64,000 nt of DNA from Hyphomicrobiales bacterium (GTDB taxonomy: Bacteria; Pseudomonadota; Alphaproteobacteria; Rhizobiales; NORP267): assembly GCA_021775855.1 (NCBI GenBank), contig JAJFGZ010000050.1, positions 23,335 through 87,334 on the forward strand. The letters run 5' to 3'. The stretch's first letter is position 1. Every line of letters begins with the position of its first letter. The translations under genes and the position numbers were made by a program. Under the pieces are notes generated by a model, which did not search any database, was not told where the DNA came from, and was given only the letters and a program-made list of their open reading frames with translations. This document shows, in pieces, positions 44,848 through 55,740 of the stretch.

Positions 44848-46038
44848 TCACTCGATAACGATATTCGGCGCTGTATTGGTCTCGCTCTGACGGACCCGTT
44901 CGACTTCGGCCCAGGCTTTTGTTGCAATATCACGGTATATGCGTGCGTATGCACTTTCCGGGTCCGAAATGACCACCGGATGACCTTCGTCGGAAGTTTT
45001 CCGGATCGCAATGTTCAGCGGCACTTCGCCTAAAAATTCAACGCCGAATTTATCCGCTTCCGCACGCGCGCCTCCATGGCCAAACACCTCTGAGCGCTCG
45101 CCGCAATTGGGGCAGAGGAAATAGCTCATATTCTCGACAATTCCGAGGATTGGCACGTCGACCTTGCGGAACATGTTGATGCCTTTCCGGGCATCAAGCA
45201 ACGCCAGATCCTGAGGCGTCGAGACGATCACCGCGCCTGCGAGCGGGACTTGCTGTGCCATCGTCAGCTGGGCATCACCGGTACCGGGCGGCATGTCCAC
45301 CACCAGCACGTCCAGTTCGCCCCATACAACCTCGCGCAGCATCTGGGTGAGCGCCGAAATGACCATGGGACCGCGCCAGATCATCGGAGTATCTTCTTCA
45401 ACAAGCAACCCCATCGACATGACTTTGATGCCGTACCCGTCCATGGGTTTCAAACTGTTTCCCGAGGGTTGCGGGCGCCCGGTAATGTTCATCAGGCGCG
45501 GCATGGAAGGACCATAAATATCAGCGTCCAGGATACCAACTTTCAAACCGTTGGACTGGAACGCGAGTGCGAGATTTGCGGCGGTCGTTGATTTGCCGAC
45601 CCCGCCTTTGCCGGACGCGACCGCGATGATTGCCCCGATCCCGGGCACGCCGGCTTTCTGCCCCTGGCTCGGCGCCTGCGCGCCCCCTTGTGCCGCCTTT
45701 GGCGGCGGGATGGTACCCGGTCCGGCGCCCGGCTTCGGCTTATCGCGTGCTGCACCATTGCCGGGACCGGTTGTCGCTTCATTATGAGCGGTCAAGCCGA
45801 CCAGGACTTGCTCGACGCCGTCGATACCTTCGGTGATTTCCTGCGCAGCGCGGCGCAGGGGTTCGAGCTCCTCAGCCCGGGCGGGATCGATCGAGATCGA
45901 AAAAATTACCTTTCCGTCGTTGACAACGATGTCGGATACCAGTCCCAGATTGACAATGTCGCCTTCCAGGTCCGGGCCTTTGACCCGTCGTAATTGTTCG
46001 CGCACCTGCTCCGGCGTTACGTCTGCCATCTTTTCCAC
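44848..46038 (-). CDS. apbC: Mrp/NBP35/ApbC-family Fe-S cluster carrier ATPase
   Basis: N-terminal DUF59-like domain, VASGKGGVGKST P-loop, and a CPNCG motif. Confidence 0.85.
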   Translation of the reverse strand: MEKMADVTPEQVREQLRRVKGPDLEGDIVNLGLVSDIVVNDGKVIFSISIDPARAEELEPLRRAAQEITEGIDGVEQVLVGLTAHNEATTGPGNGAARDKPKPGAGPGTIPPPKAAQGGAQAPSQGQKAGVPGIGAIIAVASGKGGVGKSTTAANLALAFQSNGLKVGILDADIYGPSMPRLMNITGRPQPSGNSLKPMDGYGIKVMSMGLLVEEDTPMIWRGPMVISALTQMLREVVWGELDVLVVDMPPGTGDAQLTMAQQVPLAGAVIVSTPQDLALLDARKGINMFRKVDVPILGIVENMSYFLCPNCGERSEVFGHGGARAEADKFGVEFLGEVPLNIAIRKTSDEGHPVVISDPESAYARIYRDIATKAWAEVERVRQSETNTAPNIVIE

Positions 46039-46204
46039 TTCCCTGTTTCGTGGCGCGGCTTTACGCCGTCGCCGCTTGATCGAATTCTTGCAGCTAACTT
46101 AGTGATCTGTGAGAATGGATCAAGCCGCTCGATGGGTGCATTGCAAACCGTACCCGCCGGTTTCTAACATGGACCCGCGCCCCAACCGGAGGAAAATTAT
46201 CCCG

Positions 46205-46573
46205 ATGGCAGGATTTCAACCACCGATCCCCATTCTTCGAAGTTTCGATGAGACCGCCACCAGAGATTTTTATCTTGGCTTTCTCGGTTTTGAGGTGGAA
46301 TTTGAACACCGGTTTGAGCCGGAATTGCCGCTCTATCTGGGCGTCCGGCTCGACGATTGCGCTATACACTTGTCCGAGCATTTTGGGGACAGCAGTCCCG
46401 GAACAGCCCTCCGAATTGACGTGCCGGATGTCGCGGCTTACTGCCGGACGCTGAACGATAAACACTACAAACATGCGCGACCCGAGGTGCAGCATCAGCC
46501 TTGGGGGTACGACGATATGAGCATCACCGACCCTTCCGGTAACAGGCTGATTTTCTGCACACCGTACGCTTGA
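46205..46573 (+). CDS. Glyoxalase/bleomycin-resistance (VOC) family protein
   Basis: Start at MAGFQPPIPILRS. FYLGFLGFEVEFEH...HLSEHFGD... pattern of bleomycin-resistance-like VOC proteins. Confidence 0.7.
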   Translation: MAGFQPPIPILRSFDETATRDFYLGFLGFEVEFEHRFEPELPLYLGVRLDDCAIHLSEHFGDSSPGTALRIDVPDVAAYCRTLNDKHYKHARPEVQHQPWGYDDMSITDPSGNRLIFCTPYA

Positions 46574-46586
46574 GACGCAGTTCAAT

Positions 46587-47210
46587 TCAGTGCTGAGCCT
46601 GGATCGCCGTCCCAAGGTCGCCGTATCCGCAAAACCGGTACTCGTAATCAAGCTTGAGACGCACGGCTATCTCGCGCGCCTTTAATTCCAGCTCCGGGTC
46701 CTCGACCTGGGGCATGAAAACAAGTTTGGTGTAATTCCCGAATATAAATTCCAGCATGTCGCGGTGCTTGTGCAGGCCAAGGGCTTCCCAGACAAACTTT
46801 TCGAAAAACCTGCAAAAATAGTCAGTCAGGTAAAAGGTCGTGATCTCGTCTTCGGAATAAGAGGCAAATCGGTCGTTACCCATAAAGAACGAAAAGCAAT
46901 GTGGACCGGGAATGCGCTCGATACCGCCCTCTTCATCCAAGACCTTGTCCAGTAATCCACCAGTGCCGCAGTCGCCGTAGAGCACGTAGATTTTGTCAAA
47001 CTTGTCTTTCCCGGCACGGATTTTTTTGCGGACGGCCTCCGGGATCAATTGCGGGTTATGGTGCAGCTTGGCCGGTAGACAGGTCACATCGAGATGGGTC
47101 CAGCGGTTCATTTCGATCAGATCGATAATTTCGCGCCCCAACGCGCCACACGCAATCAATAACGTCGTGCCCTGTCCGCGTCTGAAGCGAATATTTTGTT
47201 CCGGTTCCAT
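46587..47210 (-). CDS. DUF1638-like protein
   Basis: 207 aa. LLIACGALGREI...LPAKLHHNPQ...YGDCGTGG pattern recalled for DUF1638. Confidence 0.55.
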   Translation of the reverse strand: MEPEQNIRFRRGQGTTLLIACGALGREIIDLIEMNRWTHLDVTCLPAKLHHNPQLIPEAVRKKIRAGKDKFDKIYVLYGDCGTGGLLDKVLDEEGGIERIPGPHCFSFFMGNDRFASYSEDEITTFYLTDYFCRFFEKFVWEALGLHKHRDMLEFIFGNYTKLVFMPQVEDPELELKAREIAVRLKLDYEYRFCGYGDLGTAIQAQH

Positions 47211-47413
47211 GACACAAATTGTACCTGCTGTCCGTTCGCGCGAATCTCGAAATCACGACATCCTTCGCGTCGGGAACGACGCCCATCCGCGTTCACTTCC
47301 GGGTAAGATCCGGCGTTGCCTTAAAATGGCCGTTGATGGCGGGCACCCGGGTATCTCGTGCGAGCGGACAGTATACTCGCGCTCAATTTACTGGACATGA
47401 ATCGAGAGACAAA

Positions 47414-48061
47414 ATGGCGAAAATGAATTCTCCCTTTGGGGAAACGATTGATATGCGCGGCCACGCTGCGGCTTTGATCTTTTTCGTATTTACAGCATTG
47501 GCTTCCCTTACGGCGAGCGCCAATGCCCACGAATTCACGGTGCTGATCGCCACCCCGAATTCCGGCCCTGACGCCGGTCTCGGCTTGACCACCTATCACG
47601 GCTTTATCATCGCGGCGGGCGAGCGTGACAGCCACCCGGATGAAACCGCGGACGGCCACCTGGGCGGGCTTGATGTGAATGTGCATCGCTTCGATTCCGC
47701 TGCCGAGGGCGCAGCCGAGGCACTCCGTGTCAGGTTGGAAGAGGGCGATGTCGACGTTTTTGTGACGATTTCGGCCGGTGCGATAGCAGAAGATTTACGC
47801 GAGGTCGCGGATGCCGCTGGTGTCGTCACGTTTGCGTCCGCCGACTTGCCATTTGACGGATCTCCGAGCGAGGCCGCGTCCGCGCTTGAATTTGCCGAGG
47901 CATTCGAAGAACATTTTGATGTTGCACCGGACCGCGACGCGGCGCAAGGCTACCAGGCCGCGCGGCGTATTGACGATGCGGTGAGGCCGTTCGACAGCGC
48001 TGCAAATACCCCGGGGCTGCAGCAACGCCTACAGGCAACAGCGAACGGAATGACCTGGTAA
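47414..48061 (+). CDS. Secreted hypothetical protein, short periplasmic-binding-protein-like
   Basis: Start at MAKMN (47414). Signal-like ALIFFVFTALASLTASANA. Weak resemblance to type I solute-binding proteins. Acidic composition. Confidence 0.4.
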   Translation: MAKMNSPFGETIDMRGHAAALIFFVFTALASLTASANAHEFTVLIATPNSGPDAGLGLTTYHGFIIAAGERDSHPDETADGHLGGLDVNVHRFDSAAEGAAEALRVRLEEGDVDVFVTISAGAIAEDLREVADAAGVVTFASADLPFDGSPSEAASALEFAEAFEEHFDVAPDRDAAQGYQAARRIDDAVRPFDSAANTPGLQQRLQATANGMTW

Positions 48062-48183
48062 CCACCCTTCAAAATCAGAAAAAACCCGTTGTCCGTTTTT
48101 CCCGGTTAAATTCCGATTGAAGCTGCCATTCGACCTTCCATGCTGTATGGTCGCCTCCGACATTTATTTGCCGTGCAGCGGAT

Positions 48184-49719
48184 ATGAAAGAGTTTGAAGT
48201 CAAACCCGATCCTGACGATCAGCGCCTTTCGCAGATCGTCACAGGGATCGACCACAGGGGCGAAACGGTCGACACATCCGTTGTCACCGAACAACCCCTG
48301 ACGCTGTTTCTCAACGCCCAGGAAATCGTCACCATGATGACGATTGGCGACTACCCGGACCTGCTCGCGGTAGGCTACCTTCTCAACCAGAATATGCTGC
48401 TCGAGGATGACAAGATCACGGCGATCGAGCACGACGAAGATCTCGGTATTGTAGTCGTGCGAACAGCACGGAAAACCGATTACGAGGAAAAACTCAAGAA
48501 AAAGGTACAAACATCCGGGTGCGCCCAGGGCACCACGTTCGGCGACCTGATGGAGCGGTTTGAAGAAGTCAACCTGGACCCCAACGTCCGTCTGAAAACC
48601 AGTTGGCTGCATGCCATAACGAGGAAAATCAACACTGCGCCGAGCCTGTATCTCAAGGCCGGGGCGATCCATGGTTGTGCGCTCTGCGAGGAGGACCGGC
48701 CTCTGCTCTATGTTGAGGATGTGGGCCGCCACAATGCGGTCGACAAGATCGCCGGGTACATGTTCCTGAACAAAATTTCGCCGGATAACAAGATTTTCTA
48801 TACGACCGGCCGGCTGACGTCCGAGATGGTTATCAAAACTGTGAAAATGGGGCTTCCCATTCTGGTATCACGGTCGGGTTTTACCGCGTGGGGCGTGGAA
48901 CTGGCGCGCGAAGCCAATCTAACTCTGATTGGTCGGGCGCGGGGCAAGCGCTTTGTCGCCCTGTCCGGCGCCGAGCGGATTATTTTTGACAGTGCCGTAG
49001 ACGATGCCGACGCCGGAGATGATTCAAATCGGCGCAGCGCTGATCCGAAGCCGAATGGTGCGCAAATACCGGCGCTCAATTCATTCAAGGACCAGGTCGC
49101 CGGCGTGGTTCTGGCAGGCGGATTGTCGCGGCGCATGGGCGGCGGCAACAAAAGCCTGAAGCCCATTGGGGGGCGCGCCATGATCGCCCACACGCTGGCC
49201 CGGCTGGTGCCCCAGGCGGATCAGACAATCATCAACGCCAATGACGGGGTCGAGGCATATTCCGAATTCGACCATTCGGTTGTTCCCGATTCCAAGGAAG
49301 GCCATGCCGGGCCGCTCGCCGGGGTACTAACCGGCATGCAATGGGCCCGGGTAAATGCGCCGGATGCGCGCTGGATCGTGACGGCGGCGGCCGATACCCC
49401 GTTTTTCCCGACCGATCTTGTGGACAGTTTCGTTGCAGCCGTTGCCCCCCATCAGACCAAGATCGCACTCGCCAGGTCGGCGGGTAAACTGCACCCGGTT
49501 TTCGGGTTGTGGCCAGTTTCGCTGGCCGATGACCTGGCGGCGTGGCTCGAGGACGACAAGAACCGAAAGGTGCTCGCCTGGGTGGACCGGCATGAACTGG
49601 TTGAAGTTTCTTTTTCGGGCTTTGAGGTCGCGGGGAAAAAACGCGACCCGTTTTTCAACGTGAATACGCCCGAGGATCTGGACGTGGCCCGGGCGATCGT
49701 CGCGGGGATAGACGAATGA
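48184..49719 (+). CDS. fdhD-mobA: FdhD (formate dehydrogenase sulfurtransferase/chaperone) fused in frame to MobA (Moco guanylyltransferase)
   Basis: The N-terminal ~270 aa are FdhD-like (EDVGRHNAVDKIAG, ILVSRSGFT). An acidic linker follows. The C-terminal ~200 aa are MobA-like (VVLAGGLSRRMGGGNKSL). No stop codon between the halves. Confidence 0.8.
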   Translation: MKEFEVKPDPDDQRLSQIVTGIDHRGETVDTSVVTEQPLTLFLNAQEIVTMMTIGDYPDLLAVGYLLNQNMLLEDDKITAIEHDEDLGIVVVRTARKTDYEEKLKKKVQTSGCAQGTTFGDLMERFEEVNLDPNVRLKTSWLHAITRKINTAPSLYLKAGAIHGCALCEEDRPLLYVEDVGRHNAVDKIAGYMFLNKISPDNKIFYTTGRLTSEMVIKTVKMGLPILVSRSGFTAWGVELAREANLTLIGRARGKRFVALSGAERIIFDSAVDDADAGDDSNRRSADPKPNGAQIPALNSFKDQVAGVVLAGGLSRRMGGGNKSLKPIGGRAMIAHTLARLVPQADQTIINANDGVEAYSEFDHSVVPDSKEGHAGPLAGVLTGMQWARVNAPDARWIVTAAADTPFFPTDLVDSFVAAVAPHQTKIALARSAGKLHPVFGLWPVSLADDLAAWLEDDKNRKVLAWVDRHELVEVSFSGFEVAGKKRDPFFNVNTPEDLDVARAIVAGIDE

Positions 49720-50240
49720 CCTTTATTTTCGGCGTGACGGGGTGGAAGAATTCCGGCAAGACCACGCTGGTGGCCAGCCTTGTCAGCGAATTCGCCCGCC
49801 GCGGCCTGAAGGTCGCCACCATCAAGCACGCGCATCATTATTTCGATATTGATCACGAAGGTACGGATTCCTGGAAACACCGCGAGGCGGGCGCCCGCGA
49901 GGTGGCAATCGTTTCAGGCACGCGCTGGGCGCTGATGCACGAACTGGAGGGCGAAACCGAGCCCAGCCTTGACGATGTAATTGCCCGCATGTCGCCCGCT
50001 GATATTATTATCATCGAAGGGTACAAGCGCGAGGCGCACTTGAAAATTGAGACCCGGCGCAAAGGGAGTGTGAACACCGAACCGCTTGCCGACAGCGACC
50101 CGAATATTATCGCCATCGCCAGCGATTTCGATATTATTGAGAGTAGGTTACCGGTGTTTGATCAACAAAACATTCAAGGTGTTGCCGATTTCCTGCTGGC
50201 CCGCGCCGGGATAAAATCCGAGACCGCAAATGCCTCCTGA
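49716..50240 (+). CDS. mobB: Molybdopterin-guanine dinucleotide biosynthesis adaptor MobB
   Basis: GVTGWKNSGKTTL P-loop and ATIKHAHH. 174 aa. 4-nt overlap with the upstream gene. Confidence 0.85.
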   Translation: MTFIFGVTGWKNSGKTTLVASLVSEFARRGLKVATIKHAHHYFDIDHEGTDSWKHREAGAREVAIVSGTRWALMHELEGETEPSLDDVIARMSPADIIIIEGYKREAHLKIETRRKGSVNTEPLADSDPNIIAIASDFDIIESRLPVFDQQNIQGVADFLLARAGIKSETANAS

Positions 50241-51516
50241 AGCACCGAAAAAACTGCTCGACGATTGTTTCCTTCACGACAGCGACCGGCTGCGACATGG
50301 CGATGCGCTGGCGCTCCTAAAGGACCGCGTTCGGCCTGTCGCGGAGGTTGAAACGGTTAACCTCGCGAAAGCCGACGGGCGCATTCTGGCGCAAACGATC
50401 AAGGCGCCGCGCCCGGTCCCGGCAACCGATAATTCCGCCGTAGATGGTTACGCGTTCGCCCACAGCGATTACGTGACGCATAACGGACGGTTGCCGATCT
50501 CGGACCGCATTGTCGCCGGACATCCCGCAGGCCGAGCGTTGGCGCCCGGAACCGCGGCCCGGATTTTCACCGGCGCGGTGATGCCGGAAAATGCAGATAC
50601 CATCGTCATGCAGGAGGACACGCAGCTGGTCTCCGGCGATCCCGATTTGATCGTCGTGCCACAAGGTTTGAAAGCCGGCGCCAATTGCCGCAAAGAGGGT
50701 GAGGATCTGGTCGCGGGAGATATTATTCTCGATGCCGGGACCAGGCTCCGGCCCCAGGATGTTGCAGCGATCGCCTCCACCGGACTGAATTCGATTTCCT
50801 GCTTCGCGCCGCTCAAACTGGCGCTGGTATCCACTGGCGACGAGATTTTGCGGCCCGGCGATACATTCTCTACAGGCAAGGTCTATGACGCCAATTTTTT
50901 TCTGTTGTGCGGATTATTGGAGAGCGTCGGCGCGGAAATTTCCGACCTTGGAATTCTCGAAGACAAGGCCGAGACCGTCCGCGATGCGCTCGAGAACGCG
51001 GCCAAAACCCATGATGCCATTCTGACCACAGGCGGTGCCAGCAGGGGCGAAGAGGACCACGTTGTGGAATCCGTCGATGCGCTTGGTAAACTGCATATGT
51101 GGCAATTGGCGATCAAGCCGGGGCGGCCCATGAGTTTTGGTCAGATCGGGGAATGTATATTCCTCGGTCTGCCGGGCAACCCGGTCGCGGCCATGGTCTG
51201 TTTTCTGCTCTATGTGCGCCCTGTCCTGCTACGGCTTGGCGGCGCGGAATGGCGGGACCCTGTCCGGTACCAGGTCCCGGCCACCTTCGCGATGACCAAG
51301 AAGCCGGGGCGGCGCGAATTTCTGCGCGGGATTGTTGAGCAGGACACAGAGGGCACGGCCAGCATCAAACGCTTCCCGCGCGACGGCTCGGGGCTGATTT
51401 CCTCGTTGCGCCTCGCCGACGGGCTGATCGAAATCGGTGAAGATGTCGAGCAGATCGACCCCGGCGATCCTGTCTGGTTCCTGCCCTTCCCCGAACTCGG
51501 CGTGATGCCGCGCTGA
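50230..51516 (+). CDS. moeA: Molybdopterin molybdenum/tungsten transferase MoeA
   Basis: 428 aa. SAVDGYAF, STGDEI, ILTTGGASRGEEDHV and LPGNPVAA. Confidence 0.85.
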   Translation: MPPEAPKKLLDDCFLHDSDRLRHGDALALLKDRVRPVAEVETVNLAKADGRILAQTIKAPRPVPATDNSAVDGYAFAHSDYVTHNGRLPISDRIVAGHPAGRALAPGTAARIFTGAVMPENADTIVMQEDTQLVSGDPDLIVVPQGLKAGANCRKEGEDLVAGDIILDAGTRLRPQDVAAIASTGLNSISCFAPLKLALVSTGDEILRPGDTFSTGKVYDANFFLLCGLLESVGAEISDLGILEDKAETVRDALENAAKTHDAILTTGGASRGEEDHVVESVDALGKLHMWQLAIKPGRPMSFGQIGECIFLGLPGNPVAAMVCFLLYVRPVLLRLGGAEWRDPVRYQVPATFAMTKKPGRREFLRGIVEQDTEGTASIKRFPRDGSGLISSLRLADGLIEIGEDVEQIDPGDPVWFLPFPELGVMPR

Positions 51517-51586
51517 CAGGGTTTGGAAAATGGGCTAGAAAGGTCCTCAACTTCTCCGGATTTCACAACATTTACAGAGGCATATT

Positions 51587-52456
51587 ATGGCAAAAGTTGC
51601 GTTTCTTGGTCTTGGCGTCATGGGGTATCCGATGGCCGGGCACCTCAAAATCAAGGGCGGGCACGACGTCACGGTCTATAACCGCACCACCGCCAAGGCG
51701 GAAAAATGGGCTGCGGAATTTGGCGGCGGGTTTGGCAAAACCCCGGCGGAAGCTGCCAACGGCGCTGAATTCGTCTTTTGCTGCGTCGGCAACGACAATG
51801 ACCTGCGCGAAGTGACGCTTGGGCCGGACGGGGCGTTTAATTCGATTTCGGCGGGGTCGATTTTTATCGACAACACGACGGCATCCGCCACGATCGCCCG
51901 GGAGCTGGATGAAGCCGCCCGCGCCAAGGGGTTCGGCGCGCTGGATGCGCCCGTCTCCGGCGGCCAGGCCGGGGCCGAAAACGGCGCACTGACTGTGATG
52001 GTTGGCGGCGCCCAGGCGGATTACGATAAGGCGCAACCGGTGATCGAATGCTACGCCAAGATGGTCGGCCTGATGGGCCCGGCAGGGTCCGGTCAGATCA
52101 CCAAGATGGTCAACCAGATCTGCATTGCGGGACTTGTCCAGGGCCTTTCCGAAGGCATCCATTTTGCGGCCAAGGCCGGGCTGGACGTCCCCAACGTGAT
52201 CGACGTGATCTCAAAAGGCGCGGCGCAATCCTGGCAAATGGACAACCGGTTTGAGACCATGGCCAAGGGCGAATACGATTTCGGTTTCGCGGTCGACTGG
52301 ATGCGCAAGGACCTCGCCATTTGCCTTGACGAAGCGCGCAACAACGGCGCCCACATCCCCGTCGCCGCCCTGGTGGACCAATTCTATTCCGAAGTTCAAA
52401 AAATGGGCGGCAGCCGGTGGGACACGTCCAGCCTGCTGGCGCGGCTGGAGAAATAG
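51587..52456 (+). CDS. NAD(P)-dependent 3-hydroxyisobutyrate-dehydrogenase-family oxidoreductase
   Basis: Rossmann motif VAFLGLGVMGYPMA, DAPVSGG and KMVNQ. Confidence 0.8.
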   Translation: MAKVAFLGLGVMGYPMAGHLKIKGGHDVTVYNRTTAKAEKWAAEFGGGFGKTPAEAANGAEFVFCCVGNDNDLREVTLGPDGAFNSISAGSIFIDNTTASATIARELDEAARAKGFGALDAPVSGGQAGAENGALTVMVGGAQADYDKAQPVIECYAKMVGLMGPAGSGQITKMVNQICIAGLVQGLSEGIHFAAKAGLDVPNVIDVISKGAAQSWQMDNRFETMAKGEYDFGFAVDWMRKDLAICLDEARNNGAHIPVAALVDQFYSEVQKMGGSRWDTSSLLARLEK

Positions 52457-52564
52457 ATCCGCCGGCTCGTCCAACCCACCACTCACCCTCGTCATTCCCG
52501 TGCCGGCTGCATTCCTCGCGCAAATTTGTAGTGCACCGGTGGCATTTCCCGCTATGTTTGCGAA

Positions 52565-53437
52565 ATGTTGAAACTGGCGGGCATCAAGAACCGGCAAGCG
52601 CGGATCAATCAGGTATCCGTTGGAATTGTACGACCAGGCTTTCCTTACCTGCGCGTCGCGGGCGGGGAGAAAATTCTTGTCTACCTTCCGGGCCTGAGCG
52701 ATGCGTTCGCGTCACCGGGTGAATATCCCCACGCCTATGCGGGGATCATGCCCCGACTTCGCGAAACCCATACGATCTTATTTTTGGGCCGGTCCGGACA
52801 GCGCCCGCCCGGCATGGGCCTCGCGGACATGGTTGACGATATCGATACCGCGATCAATTCCGTTCTGATCCAGGAAAAGCCGGACAACCATGTGGTCGAT
52901 CTGGCGGGGTCCGCGATTGGCGGGATTGCGGCGCTTGCGGTCGCCGCGCACCACCCCGAGCAGATCGCCCGCATCAGCATCAATTCCGCCGCCCACCGGC
53001 TCTCGGACGAGGGAAAAAGCATTGTTTCCCATTGGCTCGAACTCGCAACCCAACAGAGCTGGTCGGCGCTCTCGGACGCCATGGCCGGCGTCGCGTTTAC
53101 AGGTTTGCGCCGCTCCCTGACCAAGGCTCTGTCGCGCATCCTGCTGCCCATCGGATCGGGGATTCCGGAAAGCCCGGAGCGCCTGATGCAGGCGCTTCAG
53201 GCGATGCTCGCGGCGGACCTTGGTACCCATTTGGGAAAGATCCAGGTCCCCACGCAAATTATCGGTGGGGCCATGGACCCGTTGTTTCCAAACGATATAC
53301 TGGAAGAAGCAGCCGCACTAATCCCCTATTCAGACCTGTTGATGTTTGGCAGCGCCGCGCACGGACTGGCTATTGAAAAACGCAAACAGTTTGAAGCCGA
53401 AATGACGGCGTTTTTCCAGGAAGAACTTGAAGATTAA
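52565..53437 (+). CDS. Alpha/beta-fold hydrolase
   Basis: 290 aa. Nucleophile-elbow-like LAGSAIGG and an overall alpha/beta hydrolase pattern. Confidence 0.6.
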   Translation: MLKLAGIKNRQARINQVSVGIVRPGFPYLRVAGGEKILVYLPGLSDAFASPGEYPHAYAGIMPRLRETHTILFLGRSGQRPPGMGLADMVDDIDTAINSVLIQEKPDNHVVDLAGSAIGGIAALAVAAHHPEQIARISINSAAHRLSDEGKSIVSHWLELATQQSWSALSDAMAGVAFTGLRRSLTKALSRILLPIGSGIPESPERLMQALQAMLAADLGTHLGKIQVPTQIIGGAMDPLFPNDILEEAAALIPYSDLLMFGSAAHGLAIEKRKQFEAEMTAFFQEELED

Positions 53438-53454
53438 TCCAAACCGAGGACCAC

Positions 53455-54339
53455 ATGACCGAGATATCCGCTAAAGAGCATCCTAAAAAATTCGTCGACG
53501 TAAAGGGCAAAAAAATGGCCTATGTGGAGATGGGGTCCGGTGATCCGATCATCTTCCAGCACGGCAACCCTACATCGTCCTATCTGTGGCGCAATATAAT
53601 GCCGCATTTGGCGGACAAGGGACGCTGCATCGCGATCGACCTGATCGGAATGGGCGATTCCGACAAACTCGATAATTCCGGACCGGACAGCTATACATTC
53701 GTGGAACACCGCGACTATTGGCAGGGCGCGCTGGCGGCGCTCGGGGTGACCTCCAACGCGACCTTTGTGATCCACGACTGGGGTTCGGCGCTCGGCTTTG
53801 ACTGGGCGCGGCAAAACCCGGATGCGGTTAAAGGCATTGCCTATATGGAGGGGATTGTGCGGCCAATCCCCGGTTGGGACGACTGGTCGGAGGCCGCCCG
53901 GCCTGTTTTCAAGGCGTTTCGCTCACCGGCTGGAGAGGAGATGGTGCTCGAACAGAATATATTTGTCGAGAAGGTCTTGCCGGGATCGGTTCTGCGGGAT
54001 CTGACCGACGAGGAGATGGAAGTTTACCGCCGCCCGTTTGCAAATCCCGGCGAAGACCGCCGCCCGACGCTGACCTGGCCCCGTCAGATCCCGATCGGCG
54101 GTGATCCGGCGGATGTTGCTCAAATCGTTGGCGACTATTCGGGTTGGCTACCAACCAGCAACACCCCGAAGCTGTTCATCAATGCTGAGCCTGGCGCGAT
54201 CCTTACCGGCGCAAATCGCGAATATTGCCGGACCTTTGCGAACCAGACCGAAGTGACGGTCAAAGGCGTCCACTTTATCCAAGAAGACAGTCCCCACGAG
54301 ATCGGCCAGGCTGTTGCCGACTGGATGGAGAAGCTTTAG
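53455..54339 (+). CDS. Haloalkane dehalogenase (HLD-II, DhaA/LinB-like)
   Basis: [22 protein letters not shown] (Asp nucleophile), IQEDSPHE. 294 aa. Confidence 0.85.
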   Translation: MTEISAKEHPKKFVDVKGKKMAYVEMGSGDPIIFQHGNPTSSYLWRNIMPHLADKGRCIAIDLIGMGDSDKLDNSGPDSYTFVEHRDYWQGALAALGVTSNATFVIHDWGSALGFDWARQNPDAVKGIAYMEGIVRPIPGWDDWSEAARPVFKAFRSPAGEEMVLEQNIFVEKVLPGSVLRDLTDEEMEVYRRPFANPGEDRRPTLTWPRQIPIGGDPADVAQIVGDYSGWLPTSNTPKLFINAEPGAILTGANREYCRTFANQTEVTVKGVHFIQEDSPHEIGQAVADWMEKL

Positions 54340-54956
54340 GTCTGGCTGATTTGCTGGCGTACATCGCGCCGCAATACAGGTAACAATTCGGTCTCGAACC
54401 AGGGGTTTTTCCTGATCCAGGCATTGTTGCGCCACGACGGGTGGGGCAAGGGCAAGATCCTTTGGGGGGCATCCGGATCATAAAAATCGCGCCACGCAAT
54501 GACCGTCTCCGTCAAGTTGCGTTTTCGCGCCTTGCCCAGATGCCAGGCCTGGGCATATAGGCCAATCACCAGGGTGAGCGAAATACCTGTGGCCTCCGCC
54601 ATCACCCGCTCGCGCCATGCGGGAGCGCATTCCTTTCTCGGTGCCAGATCGCCGCCCTTGGCATCGAGCCCCGGAAAGCAAAACCCCATGGGGATGACCG
54701 CGACGCGAGACAGGTCGTAAAACTCGTCCCGGCTGACCCCCATCCAGTCGCGAAGCCGGTCGCCGGACGGGTCGTCGAACGGGACGCCGCTCGCATGCAC
54801 GCGGGTGCCCGGCGCCTGCCCCACAATGGCGATGCGGGAAGTGGCGCTGAGGCGCACAACCGGGCGGGGTTCGTGGGGCAATGGAGATTTTTGTGTGGGC
54901 GCGTCCCGGCAAATCCTGCACCGGGCAATCTCGTCGAGCAATATATCCAATGACAT
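54336..54956 (-). CDS. Uracil-DNA glycosylase-superfamily protein
   Basis: Start at MSLDILL (54956) avoids overlap with the upstream gene. VGQAPG motif and C-terminal HPSWRN. Confidence 0.7.
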   Translation of the reverse strand: MSLDILLDEIARCRICRDAPTQKSPLPHEPRPVVRLSATSRIAIVGQAPGTRVHASGVPFDDPSGDRLRDWMGVSRDEFYDLSRVAVIPMGFCFPGLDAKGGDLAPRKECAPAWRERVMAEATGISLTLVIGLYAQAWHLGKARKRNLTETVIAWRDFYDPDAPQRILPLPHPSWRNNAWIRKNPWFETELLPVLRRDVRQQISQT

Positions 54957-54969
54957 CTTATACCGACCT

Positions 54970-55713
54970 TCAGAGCAGGAATTCGAGACCGTCTTCGGCA
55001 AGCGTTACGCGCGACAGATCGACTTTGTCCCGATTGGCCATCATGTCTTCACCCATATGGGTCAGGACGACCTGTTTTGCCGCCAGTTCGTCCAGGCGTT
55101 CGAGGATGACCGAATAGCTCATGTGAAATTTTACGACCCGTTCGAACATGTAGCATTCGCAGATGAACAGATCGGCGCCGTTCGCAATCGGCAACAGCGC
55201 CTCGGTCCACTGGGTGTCCCCCGAATAGGCGATCGTCTTGCCGTCGACCTCGATCCGCAGGGCCGTCGACGGCGCCCCTGATGGGTGCACCACTTCTTGG
55301 GTCAGGAGGTTCAGACCGGGAAAGTCGGTGGTCGTTGCAAGCGGGATATCAATGACGTCCAGATCAAATTTCCAGGGGATCTTGCTGGAACCTGTAAACA
55401 GCGCTTCCATCGCCATATCCAGTCTCGCCTTCAAGCCCGGTGGACCGGCAATGGTCAGCGGATTTGTCCGCGACGCGACCAGTTGAGCATCGAGCAGGAA
55501 AAACGGCAGGCCGCCAAAATGATCGCCGTGCAGGTGGCTAATCAAAATGAGGTCAATCGCATTTCGATCTATCTGGCGTTGTTTCAAGGCAACCAGCGAA
55601 GACGCCCCACAATCGATCAGAAAATTGACAGTACCGGATACGACTTGGATACACGTATTGAACCGGCCGCCGGTTCCAAACGCGTCCCCAGACCCGATAA
55701 ATGTCAGTTTCAA
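54970..55713 (-). CDS. MBL-fold metallo-hydrolase
   Basis: ISHLHGDHFGG (HxHxDH motif). 247 aa. Confidence 0.8.
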   Translation of the reverse strand: MKLTFIGSGDAFGTGGRFNTCIQVVSGTVNFLIDCGASSLVALKQRQIDRNAIDLILISHLHGDHFGGLPFFLLDAQLVASRTNPLTIAGPPGLKARLDMAMEALFTGSSKIPWKFDLDVIDIPLATTTDFPGLNLLTQEVVHPSGAPSTALRIEVDGKTIAYSGDTQWTEALLPIANGADLFICECYMFERVVKFHMSYSVILERLDELAAKQVVLTHMGEDMMANRDKVDLSRVTLAEDGLEFLL

Positions 55714-55740
55714 GACAGTCCCCTTTTTGCCCGGATATCC

